Assembly: GCA_012295275.1 (NCBI GenBank)
Contig: CM022671.1
Location: 18,724,001 to 18,788,000 of the forward strand
Source: Chrysomallon squamiferum
Lineage: Eukaryota; Animalia; Mollusca
DNA: 64,000 nucleotides
Reading direction: 5' to 3'
Shown: piece after piece, positions 13,947-28,419 of the stretch
Layout: the number at the start of each line of letters is the position of its first letter
How positions within the stretch are numbered: the first letter of the stretch is position 1
Program-made: the position numbers and the translations under genes
Notes under the pieces: generated by a model
Told to the model about the DNA's origin: nothing
Databases searched by the model: none
What the model saw: the letters and a program-made list of their open reading frames with translations, nothing else

Positions 13947-15599
13947 GCAGATTTGTTTATTTAACTTAGAAATGGATTGAAATTATTAAATACTTTCTGT
14001 AAAAGATTTGTCGGTGAAGTTGAGTTTCACAAGAAAGGATTTCTTTACAAAACCTGACTTGACAAAATAAAGTCAGTTAATAATTACTTTGGCCATTTCC
14101 ATTTTGACTGTCTATAAACACATACTTGATAATATATTTTAGAAACAGAAAAATTGTTGAGCAAAACGATTGCTGTCTACATTAAATGTGATTTTGATTT
14201 AAGTGTCTGTGAACTCCATAAATTCTGATAAATTTTCTATCCTCAAAATTCAGACTTTGGATGGCCCGATATGTTTGATTTCACTTTCTGTGTGGAAAAC
14301 TTGTCATATATCTTCCAAGAACACACTGACAAGATGTGAGTGCAAATATTAGTATACAGACCTTACCACTGAGTATTTAACTAATTACCTCTCAAAAATA
14401 ATTTTGTTTTCAATTTCATTAACAATTTTCTTTTTTATTGTGATTATTTCCATTGCAATGTATTATTTATTACTAGTCTTGGGAAATATTTGAAAGGAAC
14501 AAAACATTTGTACAGAAATTAATGGGATAGATAGCTTTATTGTCCTTTATTTATTGATATTAAAATATTTCACGATTGAAATTCATATATTTAATTAAAT
14601 TTTTACATTATTGTTTGTTGTTTAAATCTTATTTTTAAATTTTATTCACATATTTTTATTAAAAAAACTTTGTTTGGTTTTTTTTTTTTTTTTTTTTTAA
14701 TTTAAATTTCACATATATTTCACACTGTTCTGTATTTGTGACTTGTCCTGTGGAGGTAATTAAATTTTCTCCTGATATTTATTTCTGTCTTGTTCGATAT
14801 TTCTCAAGAACAGTTACATATATTGTAAATTTCATTTCAACCAGTATTAAATTTAGCAAAATGTTACAAGCAATAACTAAACAAAAAACAACAACACTTT
14901 TTAATGACAACAAACCAGTAACATTTATTTGTGTGCATTCATTTAAAATACACTTAATCAAAAATCTCTTTCCTTGTGTGCTTTTGCATAACTTGGAAAG
15001 GTGTACATCTAGATTTAGTTTCTGATAACAACTATAAATCATTTATCCATCTTCAGAATAGTAGGACCACCAATTTAACAACTTCAAATATTAATGTAAC
15101 TTTTATCACAGTTAAATGTTTATCATTGACGGTGTTTAATCAAGTACTAAAAAACATTCTCCAACTTCACTGTACATGTTCTAAGGTATAAATTTTATTA
15201 TTTATTTATTTTTATACTGTATTCCCAGCATGTGTAATTACACTGAATTTATTTTTATTTAGCTCACCTTTTAGAACTGGTAGAAAGGAGAAAAAATAAA
15301 TAAAGACAACAAATGTCTTTTTTATTATTATTAAACATTTTTTAGATTGTACTTTTTCAAGAAGAATCTTGAAAAAGACTCAGAGATATTTGCTTTATGT
15401 AAGTCGATTTGTTGATTTGATAATTTATGAAAAATAAATGTTATTCTTTAACATAAATTTACCCTTTTTACATGTTGAATTAAACATTAAAGAAAACAAA
15501 CATGTTAATCAATAACCAAGAAAAATTATTCACCCTACCCCTTCATTTTTCTAATATATAAATTTGTTGGTAAAAGACTAATACAGATATAGCACAGAC

Positions 15600-16385
15600 T
15601 TAATTAACAGGATATGCAAAATGCCCCTAAAATAAAAATAAATTATGTGCAGGAACATGCTCAAACACTATAATATTAAAGCCCATAAGAGAACTAAAGC
15701 AGGAGATGCTCTCAAGCTGTACAGCTAATGCTTATTGCAGAGATAATTTCCAATGCAAAAACAGTTGTTATCTTCAACTGTGAACACAAGATAGATCCTG
15801 AAAACTACAGACCCATATGCTTACTGTCAAACATATACAAATTACTAATTCAGTGAAAACCAGTGTAGAGAGTAAGCTGGATTCAGAAGCAAGTACTCGG
15901 TTACTAACTCTATCGTTGTCATAAACACTGAAAGCTTCATCTATCTGGGACAGATATTCAACAAGACAAGGAAATTTAAATAATTCTTTGCTGGCTAGAT
16001 TGTATTTGCAAAGCAATTAAATATCTTTGAACCTGCTTGAAAAGACATGCTACTCATGTACTTCCAGAAATGACATATGGTGTAGAGTTATGGTCACCAA
16101 CTAATTGGGCATAGAAGAAACCAGCAGCCACAAACAAGAAAAGAAATATATTAGACATCACATGTCAGGACTGAAAACCAGATAAGAAGACAAAAGTGGA
16201 CCTGGCAAGGCTATATCACCAGTTCAAAACCATTCAAAGGGAAATCTATTGAGAAAATGACCAATAAGGTGATGAAGGTATAAACTATATAACGACAGGA
16301 GAGGAATGACGTGGCAGGAGGTAGCACAAAAAAGAGGTGGAAATAACTTGAATGACACTACCACTGCTCACTGATGACAATGATT
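15600..16385 (+). mobile_element. Degraded RTE-clade non-LTR retrotransposon (3' part of RT ORF)
   Basis: Fragments ESFIYLGQ (~15930), VLPEMTYGVELWS (16058), AATNKKRNILDITCQD*K and KWTWQGYI match the RTE C-terminal consensus (ESYIYLGQ, VLPAMTYGAETW, MERSMLNITYRDRK, KWSWAGHI). Contains stops and frameshifts. Boundaries are approximate. Confidence 0.75.
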
Positions 16386-16391
16386 AACAAG

Positions 16392-19100
16392 TCAGTTTTT
16401 CTCCATCTCTGTATCAGAAACTGAACACATTAAATCTCCTCCTTCTGAAGTTAGTATTGGATCTGAAAAATTTAATAAAAAAATCATTACAATAAAATTT
16501 GTTTTTAAAAGTCATAGTTTATCAGTACTGAAGTTAGATCAAATGCTAAGAAGTTATATATGCATATATATATAGATGCATGTACACACCTACAGTGATA
16601 TAACATGGGCCTCCTCATTAAAGGTGGCATTTGATTTTTAATTTGCGTGCACAAGATTTATATAAAGGCATTGATGAAGGCTAAATAAATCAGTGATTTC
16701 CAGTTGAGTGACAATAGAGGAGTTTGTCTCTCAAACTGCCATTATTATGCCAAAAATATAAATTAGTAACTAAAAGGTTTTCTGATTCATATGGCCATTG
16801 TTATTTATAAAAAATAAATAAATAAACAAATAAATAAAAATTAAAAAAAGCTAAGTGTATGCTAGATGTATAATATTAAAAATAAGTTCAAGTGTTGTTA
16901 ATATTCATTATGGTACATTCTGTGAATACAGAGATTGGTTTTGAGACTCAGTTCTTTATAAACAGTAGTATCTAATTATAAATTTAACATTAGTAGTAAA
17001 CAAATGATAATAATATGTCTTACATTTATGATGCCAGATTAATATACAATGCTCTAATTACAATTTTGGACATTTTAGAAATTAAAATAACTATAGTTAG
17101 ATTATGTACTTGATGTGAGTTAAAATCAAATCACTGGAAAGCAATCATTTTATTTCTCAAAGCTAATGTACCTGAAAATGCACTCATGAGTTCACCATCG
17201 TTGCTGTTGGACTGAGAGAAATGAGGAGGAGATGTAGAAGACACTCGGACTAGGACCTCATCATTGCAGTTGGACTGTGAGAAATTCGTAGGTGAAGCTG
17301 AACAAGACATCACCAGCACCTCATCATTGCTGTTTGACTGGGAGAAATGTGGTGATGGTGACGATGATCCAATCACAATTCCTGATGTGTGAGGATGGTT
17401 AACTTCATCACTGAGAACAGAGTCTGAAACTGGCTAGAAAGTGAAAACAATCATTAGAAACAAGGTGGTGGAAAAAAAATATATATGTTGATCTAATGAT
17501 TGAATTGTGAAGTACTAGAAATATATCAAAATTAAACTCATCTGCAAACCATTAATAAGAATACGAAATTTCTTTTATTCACAAGTCTCGATATTAGACA
17601 GACATTAACAACAATTAATTAAATTTTCTGAACTTCCTGTTTCTAGGTAGATACATTTCTGTCTTTTTATTATTTGTCATACATTATTGCAATTTATTTT
17701 CAGAAAGAAATATGTTTTAGCTGAAGTATTTGCACATAAAAGATATTAGTAACTAATTCATGTACTAAACTTTATCAAATGAATCCTAAGAATTTCTTAA
17801 TATTCTACAGTAGTAACAATATTTTAATTCTTTCTACTGAGAACACAGCTATGTACAGTAATGACTGTTACCTCAAAACTTTCTATTATTTCTTCCTGCT
17901 GATGTGCATGTAACAATTCACAGCCATCTGTGGTCAACTGGTCAGAGTGGGAACCAAGAGAATGCAGCTCTGGAAAAAAAAAACAACATTTTTTTGATTT
18001 CAATGAATTTTATTCTTCTTTCATTTCACAATATCTGTTTTCTTAAACAATATTAATAGTTAAAAAGAAACAAAGACACTGGATTTTTTAAGAAGAGGAA
18101 TATATTAAGACTTCATATCTGAACCTGAGGAAAGTGAGCATTAAAATAAAAGAAATGCTAATTTTAAAATAATTTCATCATGCGAAATAATACCTTGATC
18201 AGAGTTTTCCAGTCCGTCATTGAGATGTATGGAAGTTTCAAGACCTGAGCCATCTAAAGATGATTCATCTGCTGAAGTTGTGATGATTACCCGTGGCTGA
18301 TTGTTCAGTTGAACCATGACATTTTCATTTACTTCTATTGAATCTTCTGACTGCGATTAAAAAAAAAGACATAACTATTTTTGGTAGGAAGTATGTATCT
18401 TATATAAAGTTAGAAAATGCTGCCATAATTCATTATGTGGTTATGAGAGGGAAGCTTACACTTTACAAACTTGAAAAAGTTGCCCGAACTGATTATTTAC
18501 CTGTGAGATAGGCAAAGCTTGTACAATGATGTGATCTGTTGCCATTGTGGTTGCCAGGGATACTGCTGGCCCATTTTGAGGCTGTGCAATAAGCAAAGCT
18601 GCAGTGCTGGTTGGTGTTAAATGATGTAACACTTCATAAGCTTGGAAACCTTCAACATCTTCAGCTTCTCCTAGTAAATCAAGACAATAAAATATTATCT
18701 TCATCTTTCCTGTCATATTATCTTCAGATAAAAAATAAAAATGTTGATTCGTAAGTATTGTGTGTGTGTGTTACAGGTATTATATGTTTATGCATGTAGA
18801 TAAGATAGATAGACAGATAGACAGACAGACAGACAGATAGTTCTATCAATTAAATATTGAGATAAATTCCTTTGTTTTATTTTTCTGAACAGAAATAGTA
18901 AAGTAGATAGTGTATCAAAATTAACTGAAAGCTGGAGTAAACTGAAAATAAACTGTTTGAAAATGAAGAATGACACTAAATAATTTATCAGGATATTGAT
19001 AATTAAATTATTTTAGTATCTATTGCTCTAAACTATGAAAAAGATTGAAAAAGTCTGAATTTTTGACAATGTAAAAATTTAAAATGCCTTTGAATAATAC

Positions 19101-19148
<48 letters not shown>

Positions 19149-19854
19149 CAATAATTATATATGTATGTATGTATGTTAATTTAGTCTTTTTCTCAATTCA
19201 AAATCTTTTACAAATTAATCATGATATTTTGGAAAAACAAAACCTGTCACATGAAAAACATACCTTGAGAAAGACTTTGCAGGTCTAAATTAGTAGCAGT
19301 TCGTGAATTCTGACCCAGAACTCTAGGCTTTTGATATGAGGTATAATGATGAATATTTTTCAAATAGCTGATGACATCTAGAGGTAAACAACATTAAGAT
19401 ACAAAAATATAATACTACATAATAAAAATATAGTGAACAAATTTCTTAATATATTAAAGCATTTTATTTTATTTTTTAAACCAAAACATCCATGACAATA
19501 CAATGTAACTGTTAGCATAACATTGAATAGACACATTATTATTTCAAATCATTCTTGTTGCATTGTGCTTACTATTATTATTATTGTTTTGTTGTTTTCT
19601 TTTTCCTTTTTTGTTTTTTAATTAAATGGTATTTAATTAAATGAAATAATTTTCTTCTAATTGACAGTTAAACGATAATTTTATGTGTAAACTTTGCTAT
19701 AAATAAACTTCACAAGGATTCGTGTTATTTAACAGAAATGCTTCACAGAATCCAGTTTAGGGAAATTAAGAGAGAATCTTGTTATTTGTCATCTGTTTTT
19801 TTATTGCTGTTATTGGTACATTAAAGATTAAGTTTTTTATGTCTGTATGTAGGT

Positions 19855-19912
<58 letters not shown>

Positions 19913-19925
19913 CAACAACAACAAG

Positions 19926-19973
<48 letters not shown>

Positions 19974-22900
19974 AATAATAATAATAATAATAACAATAAC
20001 AATAACAAAACAAACCTTCAAAAGGAAGTGTCTGGTAGTTAGGAACATGGCGTTTCAATGACCACCATTTTCCACGAAGCCACTGGGGAGACCGCACACT
20101 GGTAAATTTAAAATATATATATATATATATACAAGCACACAGATTATATATATGTATATGTATATGTATATGATTATAAATGAATATTAGATGAGGAATG
20201 GTTTAACTATTAAATATTGCTACAATTATAAAGTTATGAATTATACAATTATGCAACTCTTTTGTTTCATATTTGTGTTAGGAGGTCAAAGCAGACTTAG
20301 TATGTTTTCATTGATTACTTGCATATAAAGAATGATATATTAAATACCTGAAATAATAAAAAATTAATATAATGCACCATTATAGTTGTTTCTTCAGCTA
20401 ATAATTTGACTGAGATTCCCAATTAATTGTGTGAGACTGAAAAGCCAGTAATTGCTATTCACAATTTATCACTATTAGGGGAAAACACAACAATGTGGTT
20501 CAGAATCATTTATTACGATTTAGATAAAATGTGCCCATTTTCATTTCTTTATGTAATCCATGCAGTTAAACTGTGTATGGATAAGTATAGATAACATCTT
20601 CACGATGTCCATATTACAAATTCAAATATTTTTCATAAGTCAAACACTTTGCAGTGACTGCATTAATAATGCTAAGGATCAATAAGAACCTACCATCCAA
20701 TGTTAATTAACATTATTCAGTTTAGATGCAAAGAATTTTTTTTATTTTAGTTGTAACTTGACACTTAAATAAAATTAAGTAATAGATATTTTCAATTAAT
20801 ATACATAAAAATACATTTTTTTCTCATTCATTTCTGTCTTTCTTTGTAAATATTTTAAAAATAAACCATTCTTATAATGAAATGGAAATTGTTCTTTGTA
20901 ATTTCTTTTTTTGTTTTAGTAATAAAATGAACAGAATCAATTCACTTAATAAAATGCATTGACTATCAAGAATTTTAATTTAGCTTATTATTTCAAGACT
21001 CTCTCTCTTTTTGAAACTAAAGTTTGTAAAAATATTAAGTCAACTAATGAAAATAATCGGCCATTGTTCTGTTGATATATATCTGAATACACATACACAC
21101 CTTGCCCAGTTTTGTGCCAGCTCATTCCAGTCTATCTCAGTATCCTCTTTAACACCCAGACTATCAATTCTGTACAAAACAAAAACATTACAGAAATTAT
21201 TAAATGTCGGTAAATGGGAAAATAAAGGAAAGAAATTAAGTTAACAAAAAAAAGTAAAAAAAAGTAAATAAAACCTATTATATTAAATTGTAAATATAAG
21301 AAATGGTGAGAGATATATGCTGATTAATTCTATCTGTTATTTGTTATATTCTTGGAAGGAAATTTTAAAATATTTTATAATAAACAGAACATCTATGATT
21401 CTAACAGAGCTTTATGGTTAATGTATAAATGCTAATGTTATATGTTATTTATACAGAACTGTAGCACTTTGTAATACAATTAACTGTAATGTTGTAGTAC
21501 TTTGTTATATAATTAACTGTAGTATCATAGCATTTTGTTTTATGTCTTATTTGTAATATTGTGGTATTTTGTTATATGTCATTTGTAATGTTGCAGTACT
21601 TTATTTTATAGTTATTTGCAGGGTTGTAGCACTTCATAATATATTATTTGTAGTATTGTAATGTTACATTATTCCTTACACTTTGCATAACAGTTATGAA
21701 TAAAATTATTAAAATTCTATCAAACAAGTTAAGTTTTAGTTAAATAATTTGTTTAATATAAGCTAATGATTTTATTACACTTCTTAATTTATAAATCTCA
21801 TTAAATTTATATTCTGCTAAACTGTTTTAATGCTTTCATTTTCACATTACGACAAAATTAATCTTATGTCATCATAATTAAATGGATTTTAATTATTTAC
21901 CAGACATTGTTATGGTTCTTATGTCACTTGCTGACTTGATTCCAATAATAATTAAGATATGATTTATGTTTAGCATTATAATTATTGCACTCCTCAAAAT
22001 GATATACCTTGTTTTTGTTAATCATTATGATACAGATGCATTATGTTCAATATATCATAACTTAATAATCCTTCCAAATCATTATTTTCACTATGAAATA
22101 ATCTCCTTTTTAATATTCTATGGGTTAAAATAGCTTCTCCAGTGTTTGAGTTGGAATAATTAAAAGACTGATACCATTTTACTGAAGCCATTCGTAAACA
22201 TTACATTATCATTAGAATTATTTTTTTAGTATCACTTTCATGAGATGATGAATGGTTTAACTATTAAATATTGCTAAAATTTAAAAAGTTATTAATTAGA
22301 ATTATCTTTCATGAAAGTTACCTACTTTAACACAAGGTTGATATCATCTTGTCGTAACCATTCAGGACCACCCTGCTGTTTCCAGTTGAGATAATTCAGC
22401 CATTTGGTTCGACATTGTTTCTCTGATCTCGTTCCTACTCGCTCTGCAACAGCTGCCCATGAAAGCCCATGAGTGATATTCTCACCTAGAAATGACAAAT
22501 ACGATACATGTCACAGTTGTTGTTGTTTGTCATGTTTTTAATATAAAAGAGAGGTTGAATTTTTAAAAAATATTACCTACTTTCATTCCAGTTTGAATCC
22601 ATATTCCAAACTGGACTATAATGGAGAATGTATTCGAAGAATATGGCAGGAGTCAGACAAAGTAAAGCTACAGTTTGTCAGTGTTATGATAAAATCTAAA
22701 ACAAACTAGGTTTTGTATGGTTGTTTTTTCCTTAAACACCCTTCTGTTTCTCATCATATGATGTTTTATCATTTGCAATAATCAGGTTAACAGAAAAAAT
22801 GAACCAGCGTTTGCTAGTATACACTTTATGATTATATTGTTTTCTGATCAGTCAGTTATGATACCCATTACAAGTGAGTTATTTCTACTCTAAAATGTTT

Positions 22901-25900
22901 CTGCTGCAGTTACCTGACTGAGCTCCAGCTAGATCATACACAGCACCAGATAATCGCTGTTCTTCTTCTGTGAGCCATTTCCCTGTCAGTATTAAAACAG
23001 TCATGAAAAATGGTAATAAAACTAAAATGCTAAATTATTAAATTATAATAAAGTAATATGACAAAATAAATTATGATATAATGTGATTCTTTTTTGCAGC
23101 ATAAGACTGATACTACAAATTGACAAGGTGACAAAACACAAAGCCAAACCCTACAACCAGTTAAAAAAGTTACCAGATACTGGAATAATAACAGGTAGTG
23201 ATGTTTTTAAAGAAACATTTAAAAGTGTTTGACATCAAAAAGTGAATTTGTCTTTCTGGACAGAAATATAATTCAGACTTTGATTGCTTCAGAAAATATA
23301 ATCTAACATTAAAAATCTATATTTTACTTAAGAAGGTTGGAACTCTCAGTATGAAAACATACTTCTTATGTTTCCACTATTGCAGACATCTTTCAGCTGA
23401 TATTGTTTATTATGTAGCTGCTGTGCAGAAATATAATAAATTCCTGTAATAATAAATCTAGATTCTAGATATGATATAATTATGATGCTATGCTATGTCA
23501 TGATATTATAAAAATGACAAATGAGAATTAATACCTGAGTTACAAGAATCTTTCATCAAACGACATTTGTCTTTCACAGATGAAGCACTGCGGCCTAGAA
23601 CTGCACCAATAGCAGCCCAGTCATTACCATGTTTTGTACGTAACCTAATATAAAAAAAAACACTGTACTGTACTGGGATAAATAACAGGTATATATACAC
23701 CTAATTTCTTCCAAATTATGTATTCTTTTTACCTTTTAAAAAAAAAAAAACACACACATATAATATAAACAGTTTAATCTTGACATTTAAATAGGAGTTA
23801 AAATGTTTCAAGGAAAATTGATCAAATCTTTGCTAACAAAGAGAAAGAATAGACCTTTATCTGTTTCAACAAGTTTTGCTGTATTTGCCATGCAATAAAA
23901 ATGTTAGATATTTTACAGAAAGCACAGAAATAATCTGGAACTATTAATTATTAAATTATAAATTAATTGTACTTACTCTCTTAGTTTGTCCATCTCTTCA
24001 GGAGTGTATTTCCCCATGTGGTTTTTCTGGTCGTACAATCGAGTTACTCGACGATAAACTGAAAAAAGAGGTCGCTGCAGTCCTCTAGCAATGGATCTGT
24101 AAAAGTCTTTTCTTTCATCTTTTGACATTTCAAATATTATTTCTGTTGGATTTAATATATCATTTTCCTGAGAGAATAAAAAAATACAAATTGAAAAAAA
24201 TACAAATTTGTTTTTTACTCAAATTAAATATCCTTAAATGCACATTTTGTATTTTCTTGATAATTTTTAAAATATGAAAAACAATTCTATTAATTACTAC
24301 ATAACCTATGAAACAGTTTTATCAAAAATATATACCCCAGAGTCAGTTTTACTAATGAACAAAATTACAATAAACTTTATATTTCTCATGAATTTGAAAA
24401 TTAGATTACAATAATTACTAATTTCCCACTCTCACTGTTGAAAGACAGATATAAATGCACATGTGTTTTGAATCATGTTATTAGAAATTCCATGATGTTT
24501 TGATAGAATAAAAAAAAAAAGAAGAGAGAGTGAACTTACATGAAAGAGCAAATAAAAACAAACCCAGAGATTAGATTAATTACAAACCTTGCAGTAATCA
24601 TTGATATTTGCTTGAAGTAATTCTGTTTCTTCCTTTGTCCACTGTCCTTGACGCCATCGATGACCTGAAAAAAAAAGTCATCAATAAACTGAAAGTGTTA
24701 AATAAACTGGATCACAGGCTATAACAGGATTAATCCTTTGTTCTGTCAATCTCAGATTACTATTCAACATTATGCTGATGAGGAAAATGTAACAAAATAT
24801 TTAAAAAATTAAACAGAGAATACAAATATAATATCCCATAACAGTCTGACAATCAAGTATATATAAAGCTATTAGGAAAAGGCAGCAGAAGATTAAATTA
24901 CCTTTACTTTGGAATGTAGCCTTATCATCTCGTGTGGTGAACCAGGCTTGGGTGAAATCATTAGTAGATGATATTTTTTTTCCACTGCCACCAGATACTG
25001 CAGGTCGTTTGTGTAACCCTGCAGGCTGCAAATAAAGCTCTACTTAAAATCTATGAAGAAGAATCTGATATAAATGAACAGTTTGCAGAATTTTGATGTC
25101 AGTCACTCATTCACACACACATGTATACCCAGGCACACAATATTATATTATGAATCTCATTCTAAAGTAATTTAGAAAATATCAGAAACTGAACTGCTGT
25201 TACTTAATTGTATACCTGTGATATGTCTATTTCAGCTTTCATGCTTAGCTCTCCACTTCCATCACCTGTAATGTAATATAAAGTAATAAATATAATATAT
25301 CATATACTGAATCTAACTACATGCCACAAGTAATAACAATACATTTCTTTAAAAATGTTGTTTTGTAGGTCATATACAATAAAAAAGTTATTGTTTTTAT
25401 AATTAAATAATTACAATTAAGAAAATGGCGTAATGTGATAATCCAGACAAAATGGTGTCTGAAAATACCTGATACAGACAGGACATATGTCTGCCCATCT
25501 TCTCCTTCCAGACGAATCAACTTTGACATTGGTTCAGAACCATCAGCACCACTTGCTTGTCCACCATCCAGAGAAAATGGAACTGAATCATTTAAAAAAT
25601 AAAAATTACTCACTGATCAATGAAGAGAATTGTGTGGTAAAAAAATATTATTAATATTTAACATCGGATTTCAAATTCAACTATATATGTAACATGAATG
25701 AATGTGTGCATGTGTTTGTGTGCATTTATACTTGTAATGAATATATAGCATGGCTCATTAATACCATTGAATTCTTTAAATACAAACTGAACAATATATT
25801 CTTCATGTAATGTTTTAGCTTAGGATGCAAAAGCCAGGTAATATATAAACAAACAAAAAGTCACAAAATCCATGTGTAGAATCTAACCTGTTATGTGAGT

Positions 25901-26086
25901 GCTGTTAATTGTTGTTTGTGGAAGTATGATAAACTGATGAGGAACACATGTTGTTGGTAAGTCAATTAGTGTTGGTTTGATATCCTCTTTTAAACTGCTG
26001 TCATCCACACTTACTGCCTGGACCTTGTCCATTTCCTCTCTCGTAGTGACACTTTCATCTTGTGTCAAAACACCATCATCATCCAT
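16392..26086 (-). CDS. DMTF1: Cyclin-D-binding Myb-like transcription factor 1 (~705 aa, 17 coding exons)
   Basis: Exons 26086-25888, 25582-25469, 25265-25216, 25025-24902, 24664-24588, 24167-23977, 23644-23535, 22982-22914, 22485-22326, 21169-21101, 20098-20016, 19377-19264, 18670-18501, 18350-18194, 17969-17872, 17433-17172, 16462-16392; GT-AG, 2118 nt in frame. DMTF1 motifs: QAWFTTRDDK, GHRWRQGQWTKEE, TEIIFEMSKDERKDFYRSIA, KHGNDWAAIGAVLGRSASSVKDKCRLMKD, VAERVGTRSEKQCRTKWLNYLNWKQ, VRSPQWLRGKWW. The low-complexity N- and C-terminal exons are less certain than the Myb core. Confidence 0.93.
19857..20007. repeat. Compound (AAT)n/(AAC)n microsatellite next to a DMTF1 splice donor
   Basis: Direct reading; it starts within 10 nt of the donor after exon 20098-20016 and produces the poly-N, L, C and Y ORFs. 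Confidence 0.97.
21455..21665. repeat. Degenerate ~30-33-bp minisatellite (ttgtagtactttgttatat...tgtaatg) in a DMTF1 intron
   Basis: About 6 diverged units seen by eye; the period is approximate. Confidence 0.55.
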
Positions 26087-28419
26087 GGTATGAGCTTACA
26101 ACTAAAAATCAAGAGTTAAAAATATTTGCAAATATCAAGAAATAATTAATAATAAACAGTTCAGTTTGTGAGACCTATCTAAAAGTGAAAAAGTTGTTCT
26201 GTCAAGCAGAGATCAACTTGGTAAAATAAATATGTATGTGCGTGTGTGTGTGTGTGTAAGAAGAAATAGAAAAATGCTAAACAATTCTTACAAACTTTAT
26301 AATCCTTCATATCTAGACATTATTGTAACAGGATAATAAAAGAAATTTATTGTAATATATTTTATGTCTTAATGTAAGAGATGGTAGATTGATTTAATTC
26401 TTTTTCACATTTTCAGAAACTGTTTCCAGTTTGAATTAAACTTCTGAATGTCAGGATTCAAAATGTCCTGTTAGCAATATCTGTTTTGTGAATCAGGCAG
26501 GAGTGAAAAAAAGTAAAGATAACTGATGCTCAATACAGAATTTTTTATTTTTAATAGTTAATATTACTATGCAGATCAGAACTAAAATAAATTGTTTAAT
26601 GATAAACATTTGCAATTATTGCTTCAACAATTGTAAACTCATCATTTGCAATAAAAAAGTGATGCATAAAATGAACAAGATGGCAGTATGCACTAAATTA
26701 AATGTAAATTAACAAAGTATTTGAAAACATTGTTAGTATCAATACTTGATGTAATTAACTTATTCGTCAGATACTTAAAAACTGCTTAATCATATGCTAA
26801 TATTCTTCTTTAACGCTGATTTCAATGAGAAAACCCACCGTTTAGGAGATTATGCTTTAAGTGTTGTGTATTTAACCCTATATTTTATGAGTATTCCTAC
26901 ATGTTAACTGCATGAGATTATTCAGTTATGATTAAAATAAAAAATAAATAATTTTTTTTAAGGAATACAAATCTGAAATGATTCACTGGTTATTTTGTCA
27001 AGTCAACAAAAGTAATCATCATAATCTGATTCCAATCGGAAGCAATGCCAAAAGTATGTGTCCAATATATTCAAAGTGATCACTGCACTAAGGATGAACG
27101 TAACTACTATCCTATCAGTCTGTTCAGTTAGTTGGCAATTTTTTCTTTTCCCTCAAATATATTTAAAATATGTGAAAAAGTGTATTGTGAACGCTGCTAC
27201 TGATATGAAATTAATGACAAAATTTTATCATTCCAGATCCAAATGGTTGTCAAATGAAATTTGGTTGATATATGTATAGAGACTTGATGTACAGCTATCA
27301 TACTTATTTTTAGCTCAGAGTATTTCCATTTTACATAAGAATTTATCATAAGACAGAGAAAAATAACAAATTTGTTGTATAGCCTAATCCTACCAAGCCA
27401 AACTGTTAGGATATAATTTTCTGATATTCTGAGGCAGAAGAAAACCACATGGGAAGAAACAGAAAAATATGTTTGTAATAATAAAGTTGTAGGTTGTGAA
27501 ATATTCAGATTTTATATGCAGACAGTTCACTTTGACTCTACAAATAGTATAAATTATTTTTATTATGTATGTATGTTATTCAGTAAAATTTTATATATAT
27601 ATGCAAAATACAATATTACTTTATAGGAACCATATCAGGTTTAGAGAATTTTATACAGAAAATATTAATTTTTAATTCAGGTAAATGAAGAAGGAAACTC
27701 AAAATAAATGTGTATACAAACATTCAAAGCAAGTTATTTTTTTTATTTTTTTACAAATTATTATTTTCATAAATTAGACATTTGTTCTTTTATTTTTGGA
27801 TTATTTGTTAATTTGAGTTTTTTAAACACTTTTAAAAGGAAATTTTCACAGATACATTAAAAATTATTTTACTAACAAACACCACTGTAAGAAAATATGT
27901 TGTGCATTAATTATAATGAAAAGAAATTTATCTTAAACTGTTATCAATGAGATATCTAATTATTATTCCTTTGGTGGGATAAGAAATTATTTTTATTCAA
28001 TTGAATGATAAATAAGATTTCATTTCAACTCTTAGTGTGATATATAATAGTATATCCAATACCATCCTCAATAGGTTATTTTATATGGGACTTTCAAAAC
28101 TATCCCCAAATTTCTGCTGGAAAATGAAGTCCTTCATTTATCATACTTTCATTTTCAACACTTAATACATTTTTGTTATCCTTTTTCTAAAATTTTCTAG
28201 TTCTTCATTTCTTGACTCAGTGAAAAACAAATACGATTCATTCATATTTTCTCATTTAATTATTAATATTTAAAACACAACGTAAAATTATAACTGTCCC
28301 TTTATAAAAAATATTCAAATCATATAAAGAGAAATATTCCAAACAGACCTTTTTTTAATATCAAACCACAAATGACGTTTTAACATTTTTTTAATTTTTT
28401 TTTTAACTGCAGTAGAATA

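Noticed and set aside
19766-20097. Poly-N, poly-L and poly-C/Y ORFs
   Set aside because: Products of the (AAT)/(AAC) microsatellite; only 20016-20098 is a real DMTF1 exon.
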